Made by a program: the position numbers and the translations under genes
Part shown: piece after piece, positions 1 to 18,691 of the stretch
How positions within the stretch are numbered: the stretch's first letter is position 1
Layout: each line of letters begins with the position of its first letter
Notes under the pieces: model-generated
What the model saw: the letters and a program-made list of their open reading frames with translations, nothing else
Database searches by the model: none
Told to the model about the DNA's origin: nothing
Source of the DNA: Amoebidium appalachense
Lineage: Eukaryota > Protista > Ichthyosporea
Direction of reading: 5' to 3'
Assembly (NCBI GenBank): GCA_963693365.1
Contig: CAVNZM010000010.1
Span: 930,001 to 994,000 of the forward strand
Length of the DNA: 64,000 nt

Positions 1-11
1 TGCCTTCCCCG

Positions 12-45
<34 letters not shown>

Positions 46-203
46 ACCACCACCACCACCACCACCACCACCACCCACCTACCCACCCACCCAAACACAT
101 CCACCCACCTAAAACACATCACCCATTCATCCACCCATCCAAACGCACACACCCATCCACACACAAACACCCCTAACCCCCCTCCACCCTCTCAATGCCC
201 CTC

Positions 204-236
<33 letters not shown>

Positions 237-252
237 CCCACACATACACACA

Positions 253-4262
<4,010 letters not shown>

Positions 4263-6771
4263 TCTCTCTAATAAGCCACTGTTCCCACCTACTTTCTGGC
4301 TTTGACTCCGACGATTTTTTGTGAAAATTGTGCTGGGCTGTTCTCCTTTTCCCTCTTTTCACTTCCTGGGTCTCTGAGTCATGCATGCACTCTCGAATTA
4401 GTCTGTGTGTGTGACGTCAATATATCTAAAATTTTGCCAATACAATGCAACATAGTACAATGTCGGAGTAAACATGAAGAGACTACTTTTGCAGGCTGCT
4501 CCAAACTGTTTTGTGGAACTTTCTCCTTGGCGCCAAATACCTTCCAAATTTAGTAGTTTCGAACAAGGTAACCAATCGAATAGCAGACATGTGGGTCCGA
4601 TTAACCATATATGGTGACTTGTACCCTCATGGCCTTTCTCGCTTTCACTCACGATCACGTCAACACCGTAGCAGTCCGAAGTTTTTTTTGAGAGGGTTTT
4701 TTTTGCCCCTGCAACGTGCATGTGCATAGCTATAGTATATATAAATATAGATATATATATATATCTTAAGACTATAATACACTCCTGTTGTATTAAATTT
4801 ATGCGCAGGGGCGTTGCTTGAACACAAGACGGAGGCGGAAATCTAAACATCAGGCAAACAGCTAGGACATTGTTGAGGAAGCCCAATTCCATGCATGCTT
4901 ATGAGATGGGAGGGAGGGGGGGGGGGGGGGGAGGGGGGGAGGGGGGAAGGGGGGGGGGGGGGGGGGGGGGGGGGAGAGGGGAGGGGGAGGCACGACTGAG
5001 ACATATGCATGTGCGTGGTAATGTGGTGTTTCCGGATGTTTCAACTGTTTGCTTCTAATAGCGCTCTTCCTGTAATCTGCCTTTCTACCTTTATTGGCGA
5101 CCGTGGGGCTGCAACCTTTCCCCTGCAATGGTCTGTGATGGGCAAACAAAGCTGCAGAGACTAACCTCTATTAAACACCACGGACGTTTTGAAAGCTTGC
5201 ACTGTGGGATGCCAAAAAACATCGTGCCTCCTGCAAAATACTCGCTCTATCTTACGTCGGTGTCGTGTCCTCTGTAGGACATGCAAGCCACTGCTAGGAA
5301 CCAATGGCACATTAATATCTTGCGCTACCTTACGAAGGCTTGTATATGCAACACAGGATTTATTTACACGCAATCTTTAAGAACAGCATAATGGGACCTT
5401 CGGACATGCATAGGCTTGCTTATGCTTGTTTGTGTAGACCTAAATAAAGATGCGTGTGTGCGTCATCTTTGTGCCCAATTGCCGATGAGTGTAGTAAAAA
5501 AATGAGGATTATCTGCGCACCTGCTCAAGCTTTTTGTGTATTGGTGCTTACTCTCTTTTTCCGGAAGTACTTGCGCGGACTCATACCTGGCTGGTATTAA
5601 TGTCTCAGTACCAGTATACTCCCTCCTGTTAGCTGAGGATATAATCGGGTCAACGTTGCAGGGACTGAATATATAAGCAAAAGGTGGGTAAGATGCACGG
5701 TTCAACTGTAGATACCCATGTGCACAGACAATTGCGCACACATTTAGCCCAAGAATACGCGTGCACGTGCGTGCAGGTAGCCTGTGCGACGGCGTGGGAC
5801 GCACACACACACGGGGCATACTGCACATGCACTTGCGGAGACAAAAAACAACAGAGTGTGAGTTGCAATAACCGGTTTGCACTTTGCACACATATCGTGC
5901 ATTATTCCTCTACCTTGCCAACCTCCCTCCCCACAACCCCTCCTGAGGGCTTCCTCCCTCCCCCCCCCCCCCCTCCCCTCCCGGCCCCCTACCTTCTTCC
6001 TCCCACCCCCACCCCCAGCCTCCCCCCCAGGGGACCGGGCCCTCTCTCCTCCCCCTCCGCACGGCCCCGCCAACGGTGAGACCTAAATAGGCAAGGATTT
6101 CACTTTGCTTATTGGTCAAAGTTGCACCTTGATAGGTGGTTCAGGTGGTGCAATTATAACCAATCAAAGCGCTGGTATGCCGCGTGGAATGCTATTCATC
6201 TGGTATCACCGTATCGGATTCCCACAGCACAGCCCTCGAGAAGTCCGCATCTGTAAGAGTCTTCTGTATGAAAATAGAAGCATTTGATGCTCTAATCCAC
6301 AAAATTTTAGCTAATTTGTAGTAAACGTGCATGGATATGTAGGGGGAGCTTCAAGACGAGGCTCCTCCAAGGCCAATGCGCACCAGTAAAACCGGCAACC
6401 AGTGCTCCAAAACTATCTAAGCAGTAGCCATTTCTATACATCAAGATAAGAGTTTGATTCGTTGAAATGAATAATACGTATCATGATTGGCTTATAGTCA
6501 TATCTTATTCTGACGTGGCTCATCTCTGTGTCGTCACGTCAGACATCTTCCTTCTGTTCGGTTTTCAGTTTCGAAATCAGTTCACCCTCGTTTTCCCCTT
6601 CAGTCCCCCTGTGAGTTTTGCTTCCAATTCGTGTATGTGCCAACACCTAAACCGGCCTACACAGCTGCTTCTCTTTGCACACACACGCGTCTTCAGTTTC
6701 TTCCACATTTTTTTGTTTACGCACTGATCCCTCATAACCTATACAACTACAGTAAAACAACACAAACGATC

Positions 6772-8283
6772 ATGGGTGGCGCAGACATGATGCAGGCTGT
6801 TCAGCACCCACACGATGACCTCCTCATGCCTGGAGAGGCATACATCGGGCAGACCGACAAACCGAAGGAGAAATTCCGCGAGTATACAGAAGATGCACAG
6901 GCTGGTAAAGTTAAAGAAACATACAGACTCATCAACACACTTCAGACGGTGGAATCCGTTAAAGAAAACAGGGAGAAATGGGGGAGAATGGATAAGGAGC
7001 TCACCATCAACGAGGTGCTTGGGCTGCTGACGAAGATGATTGATGAGAGTGACCCAGACGTAAGTCAAATCGTTTTTATGCACAACAACCGTAAAAATAA
7101 AGCAGAAGATTCCAAGGGGTGTTGTGTTTGCTACCTTCTGCTGAGCTTTTTTTGGTGTCACCATGCCTTTCACTTCTTGCACCTTTGAAAGGGAGAGTAA
7201 TGATTATGTAAGAAATGGGTTGCTGAAAGTTCAAAACTGGTAAGATGTTGGCTGTCTATTTTTATTGAGCTCTACTCTCCTTGCTTGGTTTGAAATTTGG
7301 GGAAAGGTTGTTGGCAAGGTTTTTCACTGTGTGCACTTTTGTAAAGGCTTGGTCGTGCTTGCAAAGATTTCGTCTCCTTCTGCACACCGCTTCGGGTTAT
7401 TTGGTCCTTTATCTTAAGCACAGTTCGCAAGGCTTTGAATCTGGGTAGAGTGTCACTGTAACATGTGAAGATCGGTGAATTTGCAATAGGTGACAACAAT
7501 TGTTCCTTGCACGTCTCAATGTTGCACGCCATGAAGTTTTTCATGTTTTGTATTCAGCGGATATGTTCACTTGAGAAAGCTGCGGAGCAGGCAGGCAACT
7601 GATGGCTGCATACTGCTTTTCTGCTTCTTCTTCTTTTTGGGGGGGGGGCGTGTTTTAACAAAGATGTGTGGCTAGTAGAACATAAGATCCCGCCCTTTGC
7701 ATAGTTAAATAAAGCCCCCTAAGATTACTTGGATGCACTTGCAGACATACTTTTTTTGCATACTCACACAGCCCTCCCCCCCCCCCCCCCCCCCCCCCCT
7801 TCCATTGCCGTCTTACTCTCTCTTTTTTTTTTTCCATTCTCCCCTTGCCCCTCCCTCTCTTGCCTTCCCCTGCCCGCAGCTACCTCTCCCTCCCTCTTGA
7901 TGATCTCTTTCTCTCTCTCTCTTCCCCCCCACCCCCCCCCCCCCCCCTTCCCTTGGGGGCTCCCCCTCGTTCACTGAACTTCCCCGGTTTTGACGTGCTC
8001 GTTATCGCCCAACTTACACACTCCGATAACTCATCCCGGTTACACACCTTATCACAAACACACACAAACGCACACAAGCTCACGCAACACACACACACTC
8101 AAGCACACACAGACGTACACATACACACAAACACTCACACCCGCACACCCACACACCCACACACACACATGCACACACGGGCGCACACGTACATATACAT
8201 GTGCACGCACACACACAGACGCACATGCACGCACACAGGCACGCACACACGCACAAACACACACATTCACGCATGCACACGCA

Positions 8284-8340
<57 letters not shown>

Positions 8341-8576
8341 ACACACACACGTGCAGACCGTAGAGGCTCAGCAAGTTCACGGCTACCAGACTGCCGAGCG
8401 CTGCCGTGAGCTCTTCCCTGACCTCGGTATTGTATCCTTGAAATATGTGCAAACAGACAGTAAAGAGGATTGGGATGGTGTTTCTGATAATTCTGCAGGT
8501 GGGGAAGGGGAGAAGGGGGTGGGTGGGTGGGTGGCTGGGTGTATGTGTGTGTGTTTTTTTTTTTGTTTTTCTTTTT

Positions 8577-8607
<31 letters not shown>

Positions 8608-8632
8608 GGGGGAATGGTGGTGTGTGTTTTTT

Positions 8633-8666
<34 letters not shown>

Positions 8667-9978
8667 CAGAAATGCATTAGTTCCATAGGTGACGGGAAGC
8701 AAGACATGCAGGGAGGGGGAAGAGGGAGAGGGGGGGGGGGGGGGGGGGGGTAAAAATATATAAAATACAAAGAAATCGGGACCACAAGAATAGAGTGGTA
8801 GTGAGGGTATGTTTGGGTAAGGAGACGGGCAGCCTTTTAGAGCATAGGGGCTGCAATTTCGAACTTATAAGTACCAGCAAATCATCCTCTTAGGTTATAA
8901 GGAACTCTGTGCTATGGAAAACTTGATGCAGTTGTTATCGAAGAACTCGCCCTGCGCCATTAAGTTCGAATGATTATTAGGAGCACGTTGAATGTTTAAC
9001 ACTAAAAATTAATTTTAACTCTCATTACAGAGTGGATGCATCTAGTCGGGCTGATCCACGACTGCGGCAAGGTGATGGCTCTGTGGGGCCAACCGCAGTG
9101 GGCCACCGTGGGGGACACTTTTCCGGTGGGATGTGAGGTAGCCCGTGAGCACGTGTTCTCGGAATTTTGGTGCGGGAATCCCGACAGCGAGGACGTGAGG
9201 TACCAGACAAAGTACGGGATGTACCAGGAGGGGTGTGGGCTGGACCGGCTGCTCATGTCGTGGGGCCACGATGGTGGGTGCAAACAGTACTTTGTAGCAC
9301 TTTGGTGGTGGTGTTTTGCTTGGGAGTCTTTTTCAAAGGAGAGAGAGTGTGTATGTGGATGGGTTGAAGGGGGGGTAGGGGGTGAGGGGTTCGAGGGAAC
9401 ATTATTTTTTAATTATTTTTTTTTATTATTATTTTATTTTATTTTATTTATTTATTTATTTATTTATTTTTGGGGGGGGGGGGGATTATGTTTGAGAAGC
9501 AAGGGCAGAATGCAGGGTCGAGTGGGGTGGGAATGGTGCAAAGGAGGGTTTCGAAACCGTGCTTTTCTGTTCGTGTATTAGTTTGTTAGGTTGTGTGCAT
9601 TTTGTGAGGAAGAACTTTTCCGTTGGGGCCGAGGGAGGGGGAAAGGGGGAAGGTGGAGGGGGGGGAGGGGGAGGGGGGGGGGGGGGGGAAGAGGGGGGGG
9701 GGGGGGGGGGGGGGGGGGCCATCGGTTGATTCAGGTGGATTGATCGTCATTTCACACATAATCATGCTGGCCCAGCTTCCCCCCCCCCCTCCCCCTCCCC
9801 CACCTTCCTTCCCCCGGTCCCCACCTTCACCCAGAGAAAGAGAACAACAGAAATTCCCCTCCTCACCCAACACACACACACTCACTCACTCACTCACGAT
9901 CAACCCCCCCTCCCCCCCCCCCCCCTTTCTCCCCTTCTTCAGACACACAGGCCACCCTCCCCCCCCCTTCCCTGCGGC

Positions 9979-10064
<86 letters not shown>

Positions 10065-10352
10065 CCCCCCTCACTCCCCACCCCCCGCCCCCGCCCACGC
10101 CCCCCACTCGTGCCTGATCGTCTACCCCTCCTCGTCCCTCACTCTTACACATTCCCGCACATGCCCCCCTCCCCCCCCCCCTCCCTCCTCAAGACACACA
10201 TGCACATACACGTACACAGTGTAAGTGGACGCACTACGCACGCGTGCACACATAAACGCGCGCGCGCACACACACACACGCGCGCGCGCGCGCGCACAAG
10301 CGCACGTACCCCATAGGCACGCACACCATAGGCACACACACACACACACACA

Positions 10353-10435
<83 letters not shown>

Positions 10436-10711
10436 ACAGAATACCTCTATATGGTTCTCAAAGCCAACGGCTGCACCATACCAGAGGAGGGACTGCACAT
10501 CATCCGCTACCACTCCTTCTACGCCCACCACCAGCACAATGCATATGCTCACTTTTGCACAGATAAGGATTTGGAGCTACGTGATTGGCTGAGAAAGTTC
10601 CAGAAATGCGATCTGTACTCGAAATCGGCGAAAATGCCTAACGTCGAGGAGGTGAAGGGCTACTATGACGGGCTGATTGAGAAGTACTGCCCTGGAAAGC
10701 TGAGGTGGTGA
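6772..10711 (+). CDS. MIOX: myo-inositol oxygenase (about 290 aa, 4 exons)
   Basis: Exons 6772-7059, 8357-8426, 9031-9273, 10440-10711 (873 nt, in frame). Motifs IDESDPD, HGYQTAE, GLIHDCGK, QWATVGDTFPVGC, MSWGHDEYLY, IIRYHSFY, DLYSKS and C-terminal LRW are typical of the di-iron MIOX family. A possible 5'UTR intron lies at about 6633-6752. Confidence 0.95.
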
Positions 10712-10729
10712 TTGATTGGATGGGAGGTT

Positions 10730-11025
10730 CAGATAGATAGCCTTTTATGGTTATGAATGGAGGTGAGTGATTGGTGGAGTTGGAAGATGAGGTGGAAATT
10801 ACGCCCAATGACAAGGTGTTTTGTCGTTAATGGGTGTGAGTGGAGGGATGTGAATGGTGGAGGGGTGACAGATAGATGCAGATATAGCCTTTCATGGTTA
10901 TGGATGGAGGTGAGTGATTGGTGGAGTTGGAAGATGAGGTGGAAACTACGCCCAATGACAAGGTGTTTTGTCGTTAATGGGTGTGAGTGGAGGGATGTGA
11001 ATGGTGGAGGGGTGAGAGATCGATG
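10730..11025. repeat. Two near-identical ~150-bp tandem units just downstream of the MIOX stop codon
   Basis: The unit cagat..atagcctt..atggttatg..gaggtgagtgattggtggagttggaagatgaggtggaaa..gtgaatggtggaggggtga starts near 10730 and again near 10879. Confidence 0.9.
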
Positions 11026-11359
11026 GAGGGAGACTGACAAAGATGGTGGGTGTGTTATGGAGCAATTTTTTGAATGAAGAAGGCGTGAATGGCTGGTGTT
11101 GTGTTCCTAATGCCACCTGCCAAAATATGGATTGAGCGAAATGATTGGGTGTTTGCTTGTAGACACGAGTGAAAAGAGGAATGGAACAAGTAGTTCGAGT
11201 TTCTTTGAATACCGTTATCATGGCTAACATAACATGTTGATCGTATTTCGTGTAAGCCTTGTTACCCAAAGTTCCCCTACTTTTTCTCAAGCCCAGTTTT
11301 CAATGGTGGTGATGGTGTGGGCGTCGATATGGGTGTGTGTGGTTTGCATGTGTGTGTGT

Positions 11360-11461
<102 letters not shown>

Positions 11462-12300
11462 GGGGGAGGGGGGGGGGGGAGAGGGGGGGGGAGGTTGGAC
11501 GAGGGTTTGTGAATTTTTTTTAGCTGATCGTGCACGTGAGTAATCCTGAATAGTCTGTGGTCGGTGTGGCCCCGTAGAATGCGAACTAGCTGAAAATTGA
11601 AATGGACATCTAATGAGATATGTTCGTACATCTAATGAGATATGTTCTTTGACTGGCTTCTTTTTCCATCCCCCACATCATCCACGGTGTCTTACAGCAT
11701 GTGTATGCTAATTTCTCGATATAACTTGTGGTATATATATGCACCTTGTATGGTGCTACCCAAAAATGGGCGGGATCCCATATATGGAAATAGTACTCTA
11801 TGATGTCTGCGTCTAATGCAAATCACGTCATGTGGCGGTACACGCCCAGAAAGGCAAGACAAATCCAAAATAATCAAATCATAGTCTGGGTGTAACTATA
11901 GGTTGGCTGGTACCCCCCAGGCATACGTTATATTAGTATGTGGAGAAAGCGAATTGGTACGGTTGGGATGAGTGGTTTACCAATTAATTGCAGGTGTGCA
12001 TACCTTTCTGTTTTTTTTTTTTTTACTGAAAACACTATTTACATAATTACCATGCAAAAATATTGGCTCTAGCGCATAATTCGGCTACCTTTTCACTCTC
12101 GATGTAACCCTGTTTTTCATATGAATTTGGCCCGGAAACCGATCACCGAAATTCCTATGGTTTCATCGTCGTTAAGTACGAACTCGGCGTATTTAAGAAA
12201 CCCAGGTGAAATCCCTGGTCAATACGATAATTTCAACCTGAAAAATGGGCATCAGTGCAAAATGCCCCAGTACAATGGTGGCGATGTTCTTTTTTGGGGG

Positions 12301-12374
<74 letters not shown>

Positions 12375-12481
12375 GAGAGAGCGAAAGAGACAGAGAGAGC
12401 GAGAGAGAGAGTGGGGGGGGGGGGGGGGGGGAGGGGGGGGGGAGAGAAAGGGAATGAGAGAGAGGGAGAGGAAGGAGAGGA

Positions 12482-12517
<36 letters not shown>

Positions 12518-13144
12518 TAGGACGGTTGCGATGCAATGTACCTAAAAATATGCAACTTGCTTTCTAAATTAGACTCCGTGGCAAAAATAAGTGCCTACGA
12601 TCTCAATCGATTACTGGCAATGTCGAGCCTCAGGGGAATCTTGGTTTTTAATCCCACAATCATACACCCAAAAACGTTGCCAAGACGACGTCGTCCTGTG
12701 TTGCCCTACTGTTGGGCGACCGTTGTGCTCAATAATGATTGGCCAGTAGTGACGGCCAGTTGCACGTTCGTGCGATGTTCTGGTTATGATTTTGGGTCGC
12801 CTCCCTTAATACAACAGATGCTGAAGACGTAAATGACAGTGTAAACACTGTGATACTGTGCATAGTATCATCGGACATCATAGGCTATGACATAGTATAG
12901 TTAGTATACTCAGTATGGTGGAAACGATGTTCAACATATACTGGCAGGGTCCGGATGTAGCACGTTCTCGGAGAAAAAACATTCAATTGATTGGCGAACA
13001 GTGGCGTGGCTGGTTCCACGTAGCTGTGAATAATATGAAAGTATTAAGTGGTGTTCGGCTGTTCTATCATTTCCCGTCAAACTCGAGATGCCGATATGAA
13101 AAAGCCCCTGTGATTTTCGGAAGAAAATTCTGTACCTTTTTTTT

Positions 13145-14638
<1,494 letters not shown>

Positions 14639-15271
14639 CCCCCCCCCCCCCTCCCCAAAGAATTAAAAAAAAAAACACACTAACAACAAAGAAAAGTAGA
14701 TTGATGTTGTACATGTTGGTGATGGTGGTGAAGGGCAATATGGATCAGTGTGTGTCGCGGTTTGTGTACGTATATGTGTGTGTGTGCCGCTATGGTTGTG
14801 TCTCTGGGTAAGGAAGAGAAAGGTGGGAGGAAGCGGTGGGGGAGGGAGGGGGGGAGGGGGAGGGGGGAGGGGGGGGGGGGGGGGAAGGGGGGGGATGGTT
14901 TATTAAAGCAAAACGACGAGAGAACACGACCAAATAAACAGAATCATTGCACATATTATAAAGTTCAAGGCTCATAGTATCACACCTACCGTACTTAATA
15001 TTACAACAGTAAGCTACTTTAGAAGGCTGAGTCTCAGAGGCCATGGCCCATCACGTCAGACTCTTCACACACTTACATATGTATCGTCAGCTCCAGTTCG
15101 TACAATAAATTCTGGACGTTGGTGTGGCGAAAGTAAGATGCTGGGGTGTGAGTAGTACGAAATCACGTGTGTGTGTATTTTTTTCCTTTTTTTTTTTTTT
15201 TTTTTTTTTTTTGATTATTTTCTTCTTGCTCCTTTGATTGTTTGGGTCCTGCAGGAGGGGTTGGGAGAAGA

Positions 15272-15308
<37 letters not shown>

Positions 15309-16296
15309 AGGGGGGGGGCAAAAGCCCTCCCTCCCTCCCCAGGTGTGTGGTGGTGGTGGGAGTCGTGGTGGTCGTGGTGGTCAGGCAAGGAGGGGGGGGG
15401 GGGGGGGGGGGGGGGGGGAAGACAGGGCCTTGGGGGGAAAGGGCTTGGCTTGGCGACACATTATCGCGGCAACCAATCGCCAACCGTTTTTGGTCGGTTC
15501 AGTCAAGAACCTATCTCGTTTCCTCCACAAGATATGCAGCAAAGTGCAGTATCATGTCTACACCGATCAAAGGGTAAAATGTTATCCCCCCCTGGCTTTG
15601 AATTCTGAATCAAGGTAAAGTTTGGCATGCCCCACAATCGCATGGCTAATCCTCAACAGATGTAATTTAACCCTTTCCGAAATGGTTGGGTTGGGCGACA
15701 GGTATAGGCTGTTCTTGGCAGTGGGAGCCCATTTGCCTTGCATAAAGGTGGTCATTAAGGCACTTTGCAGCTGCATGTCATCAGGTGGGACGTCGTCCCC
15801 AAAATCATGAATCATTGCTGAAATACAAGCTGCCATCAGAAGAAAAGTATCGTAAGTGTACCAGTATATTTTTTCATGCATTGCCATATAACCGAGGTAT
15901 CTGATGTCTGGTTGCAGGATTTGGGGTTGTTAGAAAGCCGTGGAACTGTATATGTCGTTAAAGCATAACAAGTTTCTTTCTTTCAGGTTGAAGCAAGCAT
16001 CGTTTTCCCTGCGGATGTGGTCCCACCGTAGCCCACGTGCACGGTAGTGGCAGTCGGCAGAATACCATATGATATATATAGTGATTTACTTTGTGCAAAT
16101 CCGGGTTCTGTGCATGCTGAAAGCTTGAGACTACTAATACCGTAACGTCTGATTTGGAGTATATACGTTTCATTCGAATTCGTTCCGCTCAATATTCTGT
16201 CGATGGCAATCTTATTCTGCGGATTTGATACTACCAAATGCCAAGACATTAAAAAACACATGAGCGTTACTTCAGAAATCTGTGGTTGCGGCCACA

Positions 16297-16341
<45 letters not shown>

Positions 16342-16859
16342 ACACACCCACCCACCCACCCACCCACCCGGCTGTCCCCCCTTCCGTGACATGCAGGTGG
16401 TCTCAACGGTAGGCACGTCTAATCACATTATCTGTCATATCCAGAGCTAGATTCGATCAACTCAGAGGTTTGAAACCTCTAAGGATCCCCTACAGACCCA
16501 TTCGACTGCTATCTGATACAATTTTTGGGGATGTTGAAAGGTAGCCCCCCAAAGGTTGCTCAAGCTTATGCCATACGGTAAATACGGCAAAATCAGATGG
16601 GAGTATGGGCAAAGAGAATCGTTGAGTATCACTCAACATGGTTACCACCTCTAACGGCAGCGAGGCAATAAAATGTATTCAACTGTTTGAACTTGTATAG
16701 TTAATAATTGGTGGTATGCAAATATGTCACCGTGAAACCAAGAAAGTCATTGAAAAGCAAATACCGAACATCTTCACTCAAGCGTATACCAGCTAGGCTC
16801 CATGCACACTGAATTTCACTCGCATTGAATATACCGTAACGGTAAAATAATCATAGTTG

Positions 16860-18555
16860 ATTCTACTCTCCAATCCGCTTTTCGTAAAAACAATTCATGT
16901 TATGTTCAAATAATGGCACTGCACGATTCTATGCAAGTTGGTGCACAATATGTTGGCTTTATTGATTGGAAAACTGCTTACGATTCTGTCTCCCCTGGTC
17001 TCCTATGGGAAAAGCTTGCTGCACGGGGTGTACCACACTGCATTGGTGTTCTGTTAGAAGCACTCTTGTCTCAAACCTATGGTAGAGCTGTGGTTAATGG
17101 GCATCTTTCATATGGTTTTGCTCGTACTAGAGGTCTCTTGCAGGGTTCATTGCTTAGCCCCTTTTTGTTTAACCTATTTATAGATGATTTGGCTGTCAAG
17201 ATTTACGCCGAAAACGATGACCCTATAAATAACTTTCCGCCTGCACTTCTCTATGCTGATGATCTGTCCCTCCTTGCCCGTACCCCTAGACGCCTGCAAA
17301 GATTGTTCGATGTAGTGTCAGAGTGGTGCAAGGCAAACCTTATGATCCTTAACATAGACAAATGTGCTGTTCTTGTACCTGATATAGCTAACAATTTACA
17401 CACATTTACATTATCATCTAAACCTGTACCTATAGTTCCAGAATACAAATATCTTGGTGTTCCGGTTGATTCTGTTGGTGTTATGTTTCCCCATATGGTC
17501 GAAAAGAGGGTAGAGTTGGCTCGTAAGCGGTTAGCTTTCTTCTCGGCTAATATTTTTAAAGACACACCCCTCCATCCTTCTATTAGACTTACATTTATTC
17601 GCACTTTTGTCTTCCCGGCATGTGAATATGGTTTACCCCTTCTCGCCGCTTGGATCAAGAAAGAGAGAACTAGAGCGCTTAAACCCTTGGCAAATTTCCT
17701 TGAAGCAGAAGTTGCCTCCTTTCTATCTAACAACTGTTGTAAACCTGGGCCTGTAACGCTCTCGATATATGGTCTGGTCCCAATAGCTGCTAGAGTATCC
17801 TATCTCGCGCTGAAATTCAATAAGCACATAAGCCGCTTAAAGAAGTATTTGCCCTCCCACCCTCTCTTCTCTATCCGACCTGTCCCCTCCTCACCTCTCC
17901 CCTCTTTCCTCCCCTCTCTCTCCCCTTCTCCCCTGGGCACAAATACAAATAAACCCCGCAATAGTGTGTGTGTGACTTTGGACTGCCACTTACTTATTAA
18001 ACATGTACACAATCACAAGATAATCACGCAATATAACAAATGGAAAAAGATACCACACGACACTAGACCCGATGAAAGCATACACCTTGAAAAACTAAGC
18101 CTTATGTCTCGTTTTATATATACTGACCGCCTCAACCATATTGCCAAATATGGCACTCGCAAGTGTATAACACCTAAATACATATTACCTTCCTGTAGAA
18201 CTGGTCTTTCTCTAGCTGATGGTATTATTGATCAATTACCACGCTTTTACTGTACACGTGCTATACAGTGGAGATCTAATAAGTATAAGGTGGCATCATT
18301 TGCATGCCCAAACAACACACACACACACCAGTTTAACCGGTCATGTATCGCCAAATGTAGTTTGATAGACCACATAATACCGCAACACACACACGTCACA
18401 TTCACAACAGACACCCAGAAAGATAGCCTACCTGTAAATTACAACATCCTTGATTTTATACTAAACACGCGTAACTACGACCTGTTTATTAGATGTATTG
18501 ATTGGCTTGAGAAACACATCACTACAAAATTATAGCGCACGCGCACACACACACA

Positions 18556-18596
<41 letters not shown>

Positions 18597-18628
18597 CCAG
18601 CTGATACCGAGTGTCCCGAGGGGAGCCC

Positions 18629-18690
<62 letters not shown>
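16860..18690 (+). mobile_element. 5'-truncated non-LTR retrotransposon (LINE-like) with poly(A) tail
   Basis: Intron-less RT ORF that begins inside the RT domain (QSAFRKNNS just upstream of the ATG). Short 3'UTR with (CA)n and a small AGGGG/CCCCT hairpin, then an A-tract at about 18633-18690. No clear target-site duplication seen. Confidence 0.9.
16913..18535 (+). CDS. Reverse transcriptase ORF (non-LTR type), N-terminally truncated, with thumb and C-terminal Cys/His cluster
   Basis: Motifs FIDWKTAYDSV, GLLQGSLLSPFLFNLFID, LLYADD, LNIDKC, YKYLGV. C-terminal FACP..H..FNRSCIAKC. No endonuclease domain in the retained part. Confidence 0.92.
   Translation: MALHDSMQVGAQYVGFIDWKTAYDSVSPGLLWEKLAARGVPHCIGVLLEALLSQTYGRAVVNGHLSYGFARTRGLLQGSLLSPFLFNLFIDDLAVKIYAENDDPINNFPPALLYADDLSLLARTPRRLQRLFDVVSEWCKANLMILNIDKCAVLVPDIANNLHTFTLSSKPVPIVPEYKYLGVPVDSVGVMFPHMVEKRVELARKRLAFFSANIFKDTPLHPSIRLTFIRTFVFPACEYGLPLLAAWIKKERTRALKPLANFLEAEVASFLSNNCCKPGPVTLSIYGLVPIAARVSYLALKFNKHISRLKKYLPSHPLFSIRPVPSSPLPSFLPSLSPSPLGTNTNKPRNSVCVTLDCHLLIKHVHNHKIITQYNKWKKIPHDTRPDESIHLEKLSLMSRFIYTDRLNHIAKYGTRKCITPKYILPSCRTGLSLADGIIDQLPRFYCTRAIQWRSNKYKVASFACPNNTHTHQFNRSCIAKCSLIDHIIPQHTHVTFTTDTQKDSLPVNYNILDFILNTRNYDLFIRCIDWLEKHITTKL

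Positions 18691-18691
<1 letters not shown>

Noticed and set aside
15983-16060. P-loop-like GTTSAGKT in minus-strand ORF 15983-16363
   Set aside because: A stop follows five codons later and there is no supporting kinase or NTPase context, so it is probably chance. It cannot be fully excluded as part of the decayed gene.
18596-18632. Hammerhead or HDV-like ribozyme in the LINE 3' tail (CTGATA...)
   Set aside because: No CUGANGA plus GAAA core or three-stem geometry is visible, only a small terminal hairpin.
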